A stretch of 63,646 bases of DNA, filler included, from Octopus bimaculoides (Eukaryota), in assembly GCF_001194135.2 (NCBI RefSeq). It is 5 parts of 5 records of this genome, joined end to end, with 100 filler letters (N's around TTAATTAATTAA, not from the genome) between each part and the next. Parts side by side here need not be neighbours in the genome. Positions count along the whole stretch, not along the records: positions 61,099 to 63,646 come from NC_068991.1; 4 more parts are not named here. One strand, 5' to 3'. Under the pieces are notes generated by a model that saw only the letters and a program-made list of their open reading frames with translations, searched no databases and was not told the origin of the DNA. Of the stretch, positions 62,516 to 63,646 are shown piece by piece; position 1 is the first letter of the stretch, and each line of letters begins with the position of its first letter. The position numbers and the translations under genes were made by a program.

Positions 62516-63572
62516 CAAGAGTACGCTGAAAAGTTCATAGCCTGACTATGAAAGAGTGACGCTAGAGCTGTGAAATGCTTGAGCTGTGAAATGCTTGAGC
62601 TGTGAAATGCTTGAGCTGTGAAATGCTTGAGCTGTGAAATGCTTGAGCTGTGAAATGCTTGAGCTGTGAAATCTTGTATGCGTTAATTTCAAATCTTATT
62701 AATAACTACACTGTTTATTTCCAGGTAAACTGACATCTGACTCTTCAAAGAAGATTTCAAAAGTAACTGGTGGCGACGTCTCTAGAAAATGGACAAAATT
62801 TAGCATCGTGGTATTATAAAAGCACTTGTAGAAAAAGGGTTCAACTCCCAACGTGTTTGGTGGGTGCTACGTCTGTTGACGCCTGATCAAAAGCGCACCA
62901 GGTTGATCCCATCACGGGAAAATCTGAAATTATTTTGAGGTAGATCCAGCTGCTTTTCTTGAACTTTGCTTCACTGTTGGATTCATCACTTTGAACCAGC
63001 GACAAAGAGACATTCCATGCAGTGGAAACACCCCCCCCCTCATCTGCTCCAAAGAAGGCGAAGGTCGTTTCATTCGCAGGAAAAGTGACGGCTTTAGTTT
63101 TGGGATGCAAAAGGCATTGTGTTTATTGACCATCTTCAAAAAGGCCACACCATCAAGGGAGAGCACCACGCCAACTTGCTGAAGCAGTTACGAAATACTA
63201 TCAAGACCAAATGGCCTGGAAAATTGACGAAAGGGGTGTTGTTTCATCGAGATAATGCTCCAGCAATCAAGTTCTGGGTTTCAGTAGCTGCTAATTTACC
63301 ACCCTCCCTAATCTCCTGATTTGGCCCCATCTAACCATCTCTTTCCTAACATGCAAGAACACTTGGTTGGCAAGCAGTATCGCAGTAGTGATGACTTCAT
63401 ATTTGCTGTTGATGACATTTTTTTTACCATCAGGATGAAAGCCTTTTCACCAATGGAAGAAGTATGTGGACCGCAAGGGAGACTTTGTTGAAAAATAAAC
63501 CTCATTTGGTTACATTCTATGAGAGTATCTTGATCAGACTAGAAATCTTTCAGCTGGTTATGTATGTATAAA
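62516..63572 (+). pseudogene. Internally deleted mariner with a dead transposase
   Basis: ATG at 62789 (MDKI*HRGIIK), LRLLTPDQKRTRL, WIHHFEP, MQWKHP, FWDAKGIVFIDHLQKGHTIKGE, LFHRDNAPA, HPP*SPDLAPS. Imperfect TIRs with TA at 62514-62515 and 63573-63574. Confidence 0.9.
62565..62672. repeat. Perfect 16-bp tandem repeat (gagctgtgaaatgctt) x6.75 in the mariner 5' UTR
   Basis: Units at 62565, 62581, 62597, 62613, 62629 and 62645, partial unit at 62661. Confidence 0.97.
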
Positions 63573-63574
63573 TG

Positions 63575-63585
<11 letters not shown>

Positions 63586-63646
<61 letters not shown>
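63586..63646. repeat. (CA)n microsatellite
   Basis: Read directly. Confidence 0.97.

Noticed and set aside
62565-62672. CRISPR-like array (also 49827-49876 and 62042-62115)
   Set aside because: Units are directly adjacent with no unique spacers, no cas genes are present, and the context is eukaryotic.

Overview
Eukaryotic, AT-rich, repeat-dense DNA. The SINE and microsatellite landscape matches what I recall of Octopus (cephalopod) genomes, but this is an inference, not a database match. The window is not contiguous: four artificial 100-bp spacers (N44-TTAATTAATTAA-N44) join five pieces (1-27453, 27554-54703, 54804-57622, 57723-60998, 61099-63646), and ordinary N gaps add roughly 6 kb. Almost every ORF in the supplied track is a translation of microsatellites or N runs. 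Well-supported content is: several tRNA-derived or tRNA-like SINE families (here A-D, plus repeat E), some with exact target-site duplications (TSDs); decayed LINEs of four clades (HERO-like, L1/Tx1, RTE, R4/Dong-like); three dead mariner elements (one Hsmar1-like, one fold-back); Tigger-, hAT-, piggyBac- and Helitron-type non-autonomous elements; and several unclassified hairpins. Host-gene evidence is limited to candidate exons: a minus-strand ORF at 34494-34909, possibly a secreted or GPI-type protein with a 2-nt frameshift; a microexon pair near 51.9 kb; and two plus-strand exons at 55498-55584 and 56310-56539. A CpG-depleted domain at about 36-54.7 kb suggests a methylated gene body. No rRNA, true tRNA, CRISPR or prokaryotic system is present, and I found no convincing novel multi-gene system. 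The best leads are the candidate exons, the modular SINEs and the fold-back mariner.
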